This document shows, piece by piece, positions 49,619 to 62,851 of a stretch of 64,000 nucleotides of DNA; position 1 is the first letter of the stretch, and every line of letters begins with the position of its first letter. Made by a program: the position numbers and the translations under genes. The stretch comes from Lingula anatina (Eukaryota; Animalia; Brachiopoda). Under the pieces are notes generated by a model. That model saw only the letters and a list, made by a program, of their open reading frames with translations. It was not told the origin of the DNA and ran no database searches. The stretch is taken from positions 25,420,001-25,484,000 of the forward strand of contig CM120642.1 in assembly GCA_051362555.1 (NCBI GenBank). The letters are read 5' to 3'.

Positions 49619-52600
49619 GTACAATGTGGAGTGATTACTGTAATTTTTCAAACCCCTCACTTTTTCTAAATTTCTTTTTTTTTTCAATATTTATCATTTT
49701 TATTTTATCACTTTCAATAATGAACTTTTAAAAACATTGAAAATGGCATTTTACAGCACGACTTACAATATATATATATATAATGATATATACATTGGAA
49801 ATCATTAATTTATTTGTTCAATTTCATTATTTTATTAACACACCTAAATTACTGAACTAATTGTACGACATAATAAAAATCAGAAGATCTCTTAATTCAA
49901 ACGATGGACAAAAACAGCAATGTATATCTGGATAACAAATATTATTGCAATTACTTGAACACTATCACATTTACCTTCTTTGTATAGTGTTCAAAAGGTG
50001 CCGCGCAACTGCACTGCTTGATATTCCTCAGTGTTTTCCAGTCCACAGCCACAGATTCCATCTCTAGCTCCAGTTGCTCCAGCATCAAATTATCAAAACT
50101 ATTGGATTGAGAAATAACAGGGGAATCTTGAAGTGAGTCCACTTCTTCGATACCTTCAAGTTCCATCCCAGATTTCGACATTTGTGACCCACCATCTTCG
50201 AATCCAGATTCAGAGTCACTCCTTCGAACTTCATTGTCCCTAACAGAATTGTCTCCGCCTACAGCACTGCCATCTATACTTGTGTTATTCACAGTTTTTG
50301 AATTCTGTGGAGAAGCACTCTGTGCACTGTTTGCCGCAGCATGTCCTCCGTCACCACTCAGTGGACTGAGTCCTTTTGTTAACTCACATAGCATGTATAG
50401 GGATTCTGAAGACACCAGACCCTGCAGTTTTGACTTGAGGGTGTCCTCTGACTTACCTAGCAGCTTTAGCAATGACTTGACTCTCTGTAATATTGTAAAT
50501 AATTTATAACTGATCTATCATGTGATCTATTAAGCTATTGGCAATTCAACATTCAACCCCCCCCCCAAAAAAAAAAAAAAAAAAAAAAAAAAATCACATG
50601 TAGGGTTTTCATGTTTGGTAACTAAGAAACAAAATAATTAAGTGACTTTAATTCTGCATACATATATTCTACTCTCAAATTTATCTGTGTAGAAAATCGT
50701 GTTTGTTATTGCCAGCAAGTTAAATCCCCATACTCCTTTTCACAAATGTACCACTCGGAAACCTATGCCCTACCTTCTCCAGTAGTATAACATGGTCTTC
50801 CAGAGAAGTACTGTGGTCTGTCATAGCACTGAGGATGTCTCCTATATTCTCCCGAGGGTGTACACCATTGTCAAAGCGATTGTACATGCTCTTCCAGAAC
50901 CTTAATAGAAAATTATATGAATGTAACAGCTAATAGCTATGGATGTGTATTAAATCTTAAAAGTTTGTGTAGCCTCACCCTCTGAAGAAAGTGACTGCAT
51001 GGACAGACACCCAATTATTGGAGAACATGAACTAGCAAATCTGTCAGTTGATGAAAGAAACTATTAAGATAATATCTGAGGAATAATTTTTATAATGTTT
51101 CATGTTACATTTTTTTCTATAAAATCTTAAAGATCCTTCAAATATTTGTCTCATATGACAGAACTAAAACATGTGGAATGTGAACCGAAAGCTATTCACA
51201 TCACAGAGATTCTAAAACAATTCAGAACTTTCGGATTATGCCTGGTGCAATAAAGTATCACTTTCATTACATTATTACCTGAAGACCTGTGGATTGCAAT
51301 TAGGTCTTAGTACAGGATTCGTCAGTTCATAATCCTTCTTGAACATGGGGTTGATATATTCACTAGTATGGTTAAGCATATGTCCCCAAAGGGAGTAAGT
51401 CCTCTCCGACAGTCTGAAAAACACATTTAACAAATCATGCTATAAGTTCATCAAGGTTTATCCAGAAATCCAGTTAAGAAAATATATACATGCTTTTGAA
51501 TCACTGCTCAGGTGAATCATCAGTGACCAGTGGTGTAGTCTTCCTAATAAAGTAGGTTGCAACATCACCATATGGTTACAAAAATTATAAACTGAAGACA
51601 TTGTGTGACCAGAAATTTGTTAATACATGATACAAAACATTACCATGATATTCAATATGCCTTACCTGAGATCAAGTCTATCCTTCTCACAGTTTCCAAT
51701 GAAAGTGCCAAACTGGCATGAATACACGTGATCATGTATCGTGAGAAGGAATCGTTCGTTGAATTGGAAAGCACACGGGAACTGTTGCATGAGCTGCCAC
51801 ACGCACTCTATGAACTGGGTGAACACGGGAGACTCTTCTTTGGCCTCGATGGATTCCAGAAACCTGCACCGGTCTGTGAATTTGTGGCCGAATGATAGCC
51901 ATTCTTTCTCTATGAGAGCCTGGAAAAGGAAAAAAATAAATTTTTTATTGAAACTTAAAATTTAAGAAGTTTGGCATAAACATTGTTTTACAGAACAAAG
52001 AACCATGATAACATAATTATGTTTTTAAACCTAAGGAAGAAAACATACTTCAGCTTAAAACATTATGGACAAATTTTACAGAAATCAGTGAATTCCCCCC
52101 CCCCCTCCTCCAAATCAGACAGGTGGTATTGTAACATACAATAAACTGTTCACTTAACCTTACTTTGCCTCAGTTAATTTTCACCTGTTCACATTATAAA
52201 GTTAGAGTAAACAGACCACCCACTTGCAACTGAGCTAAATATCAGACAGTCTGTTTCAATCAAGTGTTTTAATTACTGTGAACAGGTGCCCTTATCTTAG
52301 CTTGATATTACTGAGAAAAAAATCAATGGAGAAAAGAATATGGAAAACTACCTTTTCTGTTGAACACATGTATCACACTTCCATTAGTTCATGTAAAACT
52401 TGTTACACAATACATAACGAAAAATTTGTACTAGATGCTGTATAAGTAGAATATAATATGCTATCCAGTGCTTTGTATACTTTGTAATCAGGGATAAGAC
52501 TGGCATTTAGTGAAAAAGTCAGAAATATGGTGTGGGGCTGCCTAGGTCAACAACATTTTTGACTACAAAATAGTTAGAAATCTGCCAACAGTCAGAAAAA

Positions 52601-55600
52601 TCTCATTCCTGTATAATTCATTAAAATTTATATCAGGATAAAGTTTTGCTCAAACTGAAACAGTTTATGTCTTGTATATTCATTAACAATTTTCTCCAAA
52701 TTGCCTTAAGGTTTTTACTTATGGATAAAGCTTTTTTTTCATGTCCACAAATGGAATCAACTGCAGGCCCATATGGTTCAAGTGCTCAGTATCTGATGTG
52801 CTGGAAAGGTTGCATGGGTATGCCTGCTCTCAAAATATTAATCTCTACAATACTACAATGTTATCCCTTTAAGTTATTAAAAACTATGGTACTTGTTAAG
52901 CTTTCTTGACATAAATCCTGACAATAAGCACATTTTAATAGGTATATCTATTTGAAGAGCTTGCAATAATCAGACAGCCTTATCTGCTTAGGAACTGCAA
53001 GTATTGAGGAATTCTGGGCAATTGTTAAAATGATTGGAGAAAGAATTACTGTAAAATTTCCAATTTTTTTTTTATCATATACTAACTAATATATGGATGC
53101 ATTGATTTTTTTAATGTGGCCTATAAAGAAAAAAAAAACTTAACTGGGAAAAATATGAGGTTGACTCCAGGAGAAATTCTAACAAAATAAAAAATAATAC
53201 AGCAATGTCAGAGGGACACTAATAAATAATCTTACAGTATTTGCTCTGGTTTTATTACAAGGAACAAGTAAGTAATAAGCAAATATGGTATGAGGATGAG
53301 AAGTATCTCACTTTTCCTTATTACAGTGAAGGCAAAGCATGACAATGTCTCTGACAGGAGTCTTGGTATTCCTTCTCTTCCCGCACTTTCTAATTTGGCT
53401 TGGATATTGTGACGCAGGTAGGGATAATGCAATTTAAAATACCTAATTAAAAAGGATTCTGTGAAAGACAGCAGTAAGTTTTTTTATACTTTGGTACAGT
53501 TGTAAAAGCTGTTAAATATAAATAAATACCAACCTTATTGGTGAAGTACACAAATTTAAGGATTAATTGTTCTCCCTATCAGAAAATTCTAAGATTTTAA
53601 AACAAATCCGTACAGTTTTTTTTTTTTTTTTGGATGAGCTAATTACCAGTTACAACATACTGTTTTCATTTACAGGTTGTGCTTTCAAGGCAGATATAGC
53701 CTTCTTGGTTGATGCTTCGGGAAGTGTAACACAACCAAACTTTAACAAAGTGCTCCGTTTTATTGCCACTCTGGTGAACAACTCATTGGACATAGGCAGG
53801 AACAAAGTAAGGGCAGCAATGGTAACATTTGGAAATGGCTACCAAATTCAATTCCCACTGGACAAAAACTTTACCAAGGAGGGTCTGATAAAAATGATCC
53901 ACAAGACACAATACACAGGAGGCAGTACAGATACCCACAGAGCCTTGATGCTTGCCCGGGTGGCTGTTCTGAACCCAAGAAGACCATCTGGAGCTAGAAA
54001 AGGGGTGCCCCATATTGCCATCCTTATTACAGATGGTCTCTCCACTGACCCGGAGCTGACAAAACAGGAAGCAGAAATGACCAAGCAACAAGGGATTGAA
54101 CTATATACTGTAGGGATTTCCAATGAAACCAGCTATGAGGAACTGGAAAAGATATCTAGTTTACCTACTGACCAGCACATGTTTGATGTGGACCACTTTG
54201 ACCAGCTGATGGACATTGGCTATAACTTATCTGCTGCATTATGTTCAGGTAAAGGCTGATTTTTTTTTTTTTTTTTTTTTTGTTTCTTTTAGCTGAAGGG
54301 CATTCTAGAACATTATGAAACATTTTTTGACTTTTTTAAAAAGATTTCTCTCTTCACCATTCTGGTAGAATAGCTTAAGACTGTGCACTTTCAGACAATA
54401 TTTATTTTTACTTTTTTTTTTAGATGATGATAAGATGAAAATGGTTTTGGGTGGAGTTAAGGAAAATTAATTTTTTTTTCTTTTTAAATGAGACTATATG
54501 ACCTTCACCAAACTTTTTCCACAACAATAATAATCCATATATTAGTCTCTTAAACATAACAATTTGTTTCAAACTCTTCAGGTCTGTTAAGCAAGATGAC
54601 TTCACCCACACCAAGACCAGACACAACCACAGAACCCTCAAGTGAGAACCATCTGGTGTACCAGACTCCTCTCTTCAATTTGCACATGACAACAGCCAAT
54701 AGCACAGAGCAATCCACTGAGCAGCCCACACAAACATTCTATGCATCTGGAGGAGCGGGAGTGGGTGTTACTGCACTGGGGTTATCTCTCTCTGTGCTAG
54801 CTTGTCTGATACTGGTTTTTTTCACAATGCGATATAAGCTTAGAAAGAAGGTGGAACCTTTTGACACAGAAAAAGTCCATATCTTGGACAACAAGTGAGT
54901 CACTCTGGTAGAGCTATAGTTCCACAGTTTGGAAGTTAATGATGTATAGTAATCATTGATATTATTCAAAATTAAATGTAATAGAACAAATAACACGACC
55001 TCTAATATTGTTACTGCATAAAAAATGATGTAAGTTTACTAGCCTTTAAAATAAATTCACATTAATGAGTTATAGGTAATGTCCAATTGAAATTTACGCG
55101 TTTTATGCCAGTTAACATTACAAAAAGATCCTTCTTCATACTTGTTAACAGAGCCTGGTTTGACAGACAGTACAGTTCATTGGCACTTTAACTAATCCTA
55201 AAGCCATCTAAATGCTGTTACAACACATGTAAAACCATATAAGTGTGAAAATTAAGAAACCCCTCTTTGACTAGTAGCCTTTGATAGTACCCTACAAATC
55301 TTCGGTCACGTTCACAGCCAGTTGTTCTGCAGACTAACTAGCAAGCATGGTAGGAGGGAAATTATTGTCAAGTGCCCACCACAGAGCGCATTCGAAACAG
55401 CAGACTAACAGATCCGCGAATCGAATATGACTGACCCACTTGATTGCTTGTTGAGTAATCCCCGGGGGGAATCTATTCAGTGTCTAATGGGGAATTAAGC
55501 AGCAAGCTTTTTAGTGGGTTGCCACATTTGATCTGCCAATCTGTTAGTCCACTGTTCTGAATGCTCTCATATTTGATTGTGGACTAGTAAGTCTGTGGAT

Positions 55601-58600
55601 CAAGTGGTTGTGAACGTGACCTTAAATAAGCCATATAGCCTTTCACAACATGGCTTACATGAAAACAAATGTAGCAGAAAAAATGTGTGAAGCAAAAAAA
55701 AAAAAAAAAAATGACAATAACTCAGGGTTCATATCAGTTTTTTCATGACAAAAAGAAGTAAAACTGTTTGGTGGCACTCATGAAATCCAGATCAGCCCAC
55801 AATTGGTCTTAAATCACATTGAAGTGTGTACACGTTGTACAGATTAAGTGATGAATACTGATAAAGCACACATCAGCCAATGTCCCTTTTACTGTGTGAA
55901 TTATTATGGCTGCATAGACCTAACTAGCTCAGCTTTAGAGTCCATTCCCATAGATTTAGATTGATCCATCTAGAACCACCTAACTCCCTTGGGGTTCACG
56001 CTAAATTGCAGTCAGCCGAGGGTGCACGGTAGTTAATTACCCCCTTACAGCTTTTAGTAGGTGGGACAGACGCTAAAGCCGGCTAAGTTGACAGTAATCT
56101 AGTGAGACTCTCCACAGGGATAGATCGATCTAAAATCTGTGGGAATGGGGTCCCATACTTGCCTCCATTTTACAATATAATCTCAGTAACAAGTTGAGAG
56201 ACCAAAGTTCTAGTCAACTGATCTGTAATAAATCTGTAGTTTGTGACTAAAAAATAACAGTTTGATCCAAAACACTAGCCATTTCAGACTTTTTGGTGGA
56301 ACAGGCTCAATGCCCATCTAGATATTACCTACTTCTAATCATCCCGAGTCAAATCGGACCAATTTTTATGGTCTTAAAGTTCAGTCCACCTTTCAGCTAC
56401 CAAACCTCTTTTGTGTTATATTAAGAAATAATAAACCATTTGAAATAGTGATCAGGTTGGTACTAAAACCCTGCATTTGTTACTTGAACCTTAGTCACTG
56501 GTCTTTGATGTCAGACTAATAAATCTGCCATCTGACTGATAAAAAAATTGAATTTGACAAATTGACTAGTCCAATCAGACAAGTGGAAATTACAGCTGTC
56601 ATTTTAGATTAATCTTCCATTATCTACATAATGTCATATTCGAATACATGTTAATTTTGATTTGCACTGGAAGCTTAGTATACTGAAGCCCACCTACTAA
56701 TCCCAGTGAACACTGGGCTGAAAAGTTCAAGGTAAGACTATATACTGTATATATATATACCTGGAAGCCATGTAAGGTCCTGTAGTAAGGGTCCAGAAAT
56801 ATACTGGCCAGGGAGCAGGTCTGTGCCGTCCTGTCCCAGCCATCAGAACAGTGGACCAGAACGCTGATGCCATCCTCCACCGCCTGGAGATAAACAACAG
56901 AATTATAGATACAAAGGTATTAAATTATGTGACCAAAATTGTTTAAAATGAAAGTTCGGAATAGTGTGGCAACTGTTTGCAAAAAAAAAAAAAAAAAAAA
57001 AAAAAAACTATTACTGTAGATGCTTGCAGTTAGGAATTTTTCTCTATAATAAATTAGAACTCTATAATTCAATTCTAAATCATTTTAAGCACTTCCCTTG
57101 CTGCTTTATGAAAAAAATCATATTAGACATTATACATCTCTAGTATCAGCTGGATCTTTACATAATTCTGTCTAGAAAGCTGTAAGAATTTCCCAAAAGT
57201 TGTTAATCTATAAGACATTTACATCTTTAAACAAGGCAGCAAAGCTGTCAAATGTACAGACAAAGAACAGAAAATAAAGATGCAAATAAGTGAAAAATTA
57301 AATTTTCACAAAAAACTGTTAAATTGCCAGAAAAATTTACCAAACAGACTGTGTTGCCAATTGAAGCTGTATGTTAGACCCATGTTTCTTTCCTGTAAGT
57401 TTGAGAACAGTAAGTGACATGATTTCCCTTAAATGGTCATCATAGGAGCAGTGCCCAAAATAGGGGTTTCTTCAAATTTTGATGCAACATTACATAATGT
57501 TTAACAGCATAATGACAATCAAATGTTATTAATAAAATATTAGTAACATGGACATTCAGAAAATGTGACAAGCAAAAGTCTTCAAGATCATGGAACTTTG
57601 AAGTCACACCTTGAAAATGCCAATATGTGAAAAATTAAATTTTCACAAAAAACTGTTAAACTGCCAAAAAAATAAATAAATAAATAAATAAAAATACCAA
57701 ACAGACTGCATTGCCTACTGAAGCTGTATTTTAGTCCCATGTTTCTTTCCTGTAAGTTTGAGAACAGTAAGTGACATGATTTTCCTTAAATGGTCATCAT
57801 GGAAGCAGTGCCCAAAATAGGGGTTTCTTCAAATTTTGATGCAATATTACATAATGTTTAACAGCTTAATGACCATCAATTTTTAATTATAAAATATTAG
57901 TATCACAGATATTCAGAAAATGTGACTAGCAAAGGTCTTCAGGCCCATGGAACTTCAAAGTCACGCCTTGAAAATGCCAAAATGTAAACAAGACAGCACT
58001 GTTCTGAAATGGGTTTATTTCCATTTTTAACACTTTTTTAACATAAAACAAAATAAACATTTTACTGCCATTTTATATGACCAACTAAGAAAATTGATGA
58101 GATGGGAAAAGTATCAATAGAACAGTGTTAAATGTCCAATTTCCTCCATTCTGAGATTCTGAACATAGTGGATGATTGAATCTGACAAACTGCAATGATA
58201 TGAGTTTATTTCCATTTTTGACACTTTGTTACACAATACATGATAACAAGTTTACCATGTTTTTTACATAATCAACTAACAATGTTGTAAAGATGCAGGA
58301 AATATCAAACAAACACTTTTAGGCATCTTATTAGTTAAATAATGAGACTGTTAACATGCCTAATAATTGAATCTGAGGAAATGTGAAAAACAGTATAACT
58401 TCTAAAATAATGGCCCGATTATGCTGATTTTCGAACTCAACCTGCGTTTTAGTAAGATTGACCACTCCTGTGAGTATAATTACAATTGGCCAATCCGTTT
58501 TTCTTATATTGTGTTATCAGTGTTGTATTTATATTGAAAATAGTGAAAAAACAGCATAAATTCCCTAAAAATGGCCCAATCATGCTGATTTTCGAACTTG

Positions 58601-60159
58601 ACCTGCGTATTATGAATATTCATCAGTTCTGTAAGTTTCAAGTCAAAAGGTAAAATGGTTTTCCACTTATCGTGTTATCGGTGCTGCATATATGCTGAAA
58701 AAAGTGAAAAAACAGCATAAATTCCCTAAAAGTGACCCGATCATGCTGATTTTCGAACTTGACCTGCGTATTATGAATATTCATCAGTTCTGTAAGTTTC
58801 AAGTCAAAAGGTAAAATGGTTTTCCACTTATCGTGTTATCGGTGCTGCATATATGCTGAAAAAAGTGAAAAAACAGCATAAATTCCCTAAAAGTGACCCG
58901 ATCATGCTGATTTTCGAACTTGACCTGCGTATTTTGAATATTCATCAGTTCTGCAAGTTTCAAGTCAAAAGGTAAAATGGTTTTCCACTTATCGTGTTAT
59001 CGGTAAAAGTGCACGGCGACGACGACGGCGACGACGACAGACGCAGATGATGGCTATATGTACAGACACATCTGTGTCTGTACATAAAAAGATCAAGATA
59101 TAATTATAGTAACAACATTTATCTTTGTCAAAAACAATCTATTTAATTGCATGTGCATAATCACACATCTTGGCAAAATATTGACCACAATTCCTTTGTG
59201 AAAACTGCAATTATTATCATGGCACATTCAGCAGTGCTTATTATGATTCAACATCACTCATTATTACTGTTAAGTTGATGCTCATCACCAATAGTTCCAA
59301 GTTTGCTCACATTTGCAATAAACACGGCTGTCTCCATGATTGCTCGGATGTGTTTCTGCCACCCACTGGTCTCCAGACCTGTCAGGAAAGCACTCATTGA
59401 GGGATTCTTCAGCTCACTCACTGCAATAATAATAATAATTATTATAATAATAATAATATCAGTGAATAGGTTAAGTTATCAATATACAATTTTAAGACTA
59501 TATGTGTGTACATCATCAAGCCCAGTCAACATTTGGTCAAAGTGTTGTTGCTATATCCATTCCACTGTACAAATGTATATTGTAAATGTTTTAGTGTTGA
59601 TGTGTGTGAGGGTGAGTGAGAGAGCTATTTAAGTAGTTCTTTATCAAATATTGTGCTTTTCTTTTGGAGTTGCAGTATAATATAAGAAAATTTGGTCAAA
59701 TCCATTTTGTCATTTGCAAAATGTCTGCAAAAGATTAAACATTAAAAAAATTCTCTTTTCAAAGGAACTCACTTATCAACATTTCAAAACAACATTATTT
59801 CTTTTCATTTTTTCCATATCAAAAACAGATTCTCTTTAATCCCTTCATCAGGGTAAAAGTTATTGCATGGCTACTACATTCCTACAAAAGCATTAAAATT
59901 TCCTTGGATCATCTATCATGTTACTCTAACATTTTAAAGAACAGGTATACTTTCCACTTCAAAAGAGTCTAATCAAATGTTGGCTGAGGGCCCTAGGGAA
60001 AAACTGCCTGATTATTTTTACAGTGCAGATAGATGTCTTTCAATCAATAATGTTACATACTTTTTCAATGTCTTGAGTGCAGATTCACGATAACAAGTGT
60101 TTGAAATATGAATACTGTAAGAAAAACAACATATAAAGGTGAAGTAAACAGCACCCAGT

Positions 60160-60194
<35 letters not shown>

Positions 60195-62265
60195 TACACA
60201 CACACCTAAACAAAAGTAATAGTCAAAGATAGTATTAAGAACAATTTTGCTAAAAAGGGAACCCCACAAATTGAAATGTGTGCACTATTTGTTAGGAAAT
60301 TATATTTTTTAATGTAGATACTTCAGGCGCACACATTATTTTAATATCATTTATCAACACTAATCAGTGTTTATCATTAATCTGCTTCATTTCTTTTTAT
60401 TAATGGGACCTTCAATAAATGCGGCCATCATCGGCCAAATTTCGAACATCATACTTGAGTTTGTTCCATTCTTTTAACTTATGTCCTATTACTTAAATCA
60501 GCTTAGATCAAAGAGACATAATGATCTGTGCTAATGCCAGGCAGTAAACGGTTGATTTCTTTATTTTGTTAACCCCCTCACTCTCACACTACTGGGCATA
60601 TATCTCAAGTGTTACAATCTACAAGTCTACAGAGAGATTGCACAGACTGGATCGAAATCAACTGTTTTTTGCTGAAAAAAAAAAAAAAAGGTTTTGTGCA
60701 AACCTTTTTGAACCCGCTCTAACTCTTAATGGCCTGGGATAACACATGCATGCTGGAAAATTATAGACAATTCCTACAACTTCAATCACGAAATAATCAT
60801 TGTAAGGTGTCCCTTAAGTTATCTTAAGTTAGTTCACTGCCTGCATATACTGAACATGCCTTTGACTCATTAGTTCTACATGTATCAATATATGTCAGAG
60901 TGCAATGAGTACAAAGTAATATCAATAATGTACCATTTGCTGTATGGGGTAGTGGTTTAGAAAAAAAGTTGTTTTTTTTAAACAATGGGGAATGAGGATA
61001 GTTGTTCACCACAGACATCTCTCTCCATCCCCATGTGAATTTTGACTGGCAAATTCATAAAATATACAGTGGGACTGGAAATACTTTGGAGAGTTACATC
61101 TAAGACTATATCTGTTAAATACACAACAAGAGTTCAGAAAATGCTTTATACTCAAACTCCTCTTTTCTTCTCCTCTTATTTCTTTTTCTATTTTTTTCCT
61201 TTGAAAACAACATTCTATCTGTCTGGCTGATTGTATTGACCACATCTTCACGTGCACCAAATTTGTTTTTATTGAATTTGACCGCTTTGTCCTCTAGTGA
61301 CACAGGTGGCACTTAAGTTGCATTTAATTCACTATCATTTCATTAGCCTTTACACAGAAGTCTATAATTCCAATATCCTGTCACCAATAATAGAGCACTG
61401 ATCCGAACAAAAAAGCCTCCCTGGTTACTAACATTAAACATCAAATGACCAAACACCGACTGGATTACAAATGTCAGCTGGGGATGGATACTTCGTTTTC
61501 TGGTTCTCTTTACAGCTCAAAGTGTCAATTTAACTGTCCTTCTGTTTTATCAGAGAACCTTTAAGGGAAGCTGAAATATCACATTTTTTAATTTGCTCAA
61601 TCTACTGATTCATCTCTCAGTTTCAGCAGTTGATGCCACTTTCTAGGGGTAGATAACACTTTATTGCCTCAAATGAGATATTGGATAATGGTATCAGACT
61701 CTATCAACTGTTTAATTTTATTTTTGTTATCAGCACTTGCTTTTGTGCTGTAAGAATAAAGAGGTGAATTCAAAAAACTTTGTAATGAGAAATAAAAGAA
61801 GTGTTCAGTATAGATAATTGTGTTTAAAAGGCATTTTTTTTTCACTGATTGACTAGACAAAAGCATAATTTTAGTTTATAAACTCCCAAAGTCATGAAAA
61901 AACAACCTGTGACATCTAAATGCCACAAAAGAGGTTAGACAGGTGTGTGTGTCAGGCCTACCCAACTACCAGACTCGGCACCGAATGATCCTAAATTCAC
62001 CGGTAGATCAGACCACACTACCCGTTTTCAAGGTGTGAGTCAGTACGCATTACACAGTATCATACCCTGAACAAATTTTGAGTGGTGATGCAATGCTTTT
62101 CAACCCCGCTGAGAATCGTCACTATCACATCGCGTACTAGGCAAGAGCGGTGTCGCGTCTGATACTGTGAAATGCGTATTGATACACACCTTGAAAACGA
62201 GTAGTGTGGTCCGATTTACCAGTGAATTCAGGATCATTCGGTGCCGAGTCTGGTAGTTGGGTAGG

Positions 62266-62315
<50 letters not shown>

Positions 62316-62851
62316 CACATATGGACACATGCTTGTGTACGTATGTAGGCATATGCACAGGAGCCCAGAGGTTCTTCTCAAGCAGTGTATTAAATTGCAT
62401 TGTAATTAATTTTATTTTGGTTTTACTCATCCCATATGAAAGAAAAAAAAAATGGGATGAAAGATAATTAAATCTGTTACCTACAGTGTATACCCTAATA
62501 AGAAAACTTTACAGTTTGGGGTAAAAACTGTAGGATTGGTTACACTGAATCAGTAATTTTTCAAAAACTTCGTTTAGGGTATAACAACTAAACAGAACAA
62601 CACATTTTTCTTATAATGTTCAAAATAAAAAAGGAAACTAGAGATAAAACAGTATCATTCTTTAAAAAAAAGTTTGTGTAAAAATGGGTAAAAAATGAAA
62701 GATGCTTGTCACACACACCTTCAACCAGCTTCTGCAGGCTGCTTCTCATCACATGGATATTCTCAATGCCACAGAACTGAAACTTGATGTCCGAGTAGAA
62801 GACCTCACTCTCGTACCCCTTCCCTGCTGCCCTGTTAGCCATTGCATTAAT
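49242..62851 (-). CDS. MTMR6: Myotubularin-related phosphoinositide 3-phosphatase of the MTMR6/7/8 subfamily with a C-terminal FYVE-like domain (3' eight exons; 5' end outside the window)
   Basis: Exons 62719-62851, 59311-59420, 56761-56883, 51666-51919, 51279-51413, 50774-50900, 49975-50484, 49242-49436, all in phase. Motifs: [24 protein letters not shown], active site [51 protein letters not shown], and [13 protein letters not shown]...VPVCKSC. The symbol denotes the shared MTMR6/7/8 co-orthologue. Confidence 0.93.
53339..54898 (+). CDS. Type I membrane protein: signal peptide, single VWA domain, Thr-rich stalk and TM; 3 coding exons, 322 aa; nested antisense in an MTMR intron
   Basis: Exons 53339-53417 ([26 protein letters not shown]), 53676-54248 ([13 protein letters not shown]...TGGSTDT...ILITDG, intact MIDAS) and 54582-54898 (TTTEP stalk, [30 protein letters not shown]). 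Both introns are phase-1 GT-AG. Confidence 0.88.
55304..55621. mobile_element. PIF/Harbinger-like MITE
   Basis: TIRs ggtcacgttcacagcca / tggttgtgaacgtgacc, with further internal inverted matches. Confidence 0.75.
55938..56153. mobile_element. MITE family A copy (inverted)
   Basis: Reverse complement of 6645-6862. Confidence 0.8.
57229..59090 (+). mobile_element. Helentron-associated (HINE/pearl-like) element with internal tandem repeats
   Basis: 5' subterminal atgtacagaca (57252-57262) is complementary to tgtctgtacat in the 3' hairpin tatgtacagacac-atct-gtgtctgtacata (about 59057-59086), followed by an A-tail. Also a (GAC/GGC) microsatellite at 59015-59045, 161-bp cores x4 (58381-59003) and a duplication of about 340 bp (57290 and 57628). 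Confidence 0.75.
61953..62269. mobile_element. MITE with TIRs of about 110 bp, inserted in a (TG)n microsatellite
   Basis: caggcctacccaactaccagactcggcaccgaatgatcc...cagtatca (61953-62062) versus tgatactgtg...gtagttgggtaggcctg (62160-62269), with TG repeats on both flanks. Confidence 0.88.
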
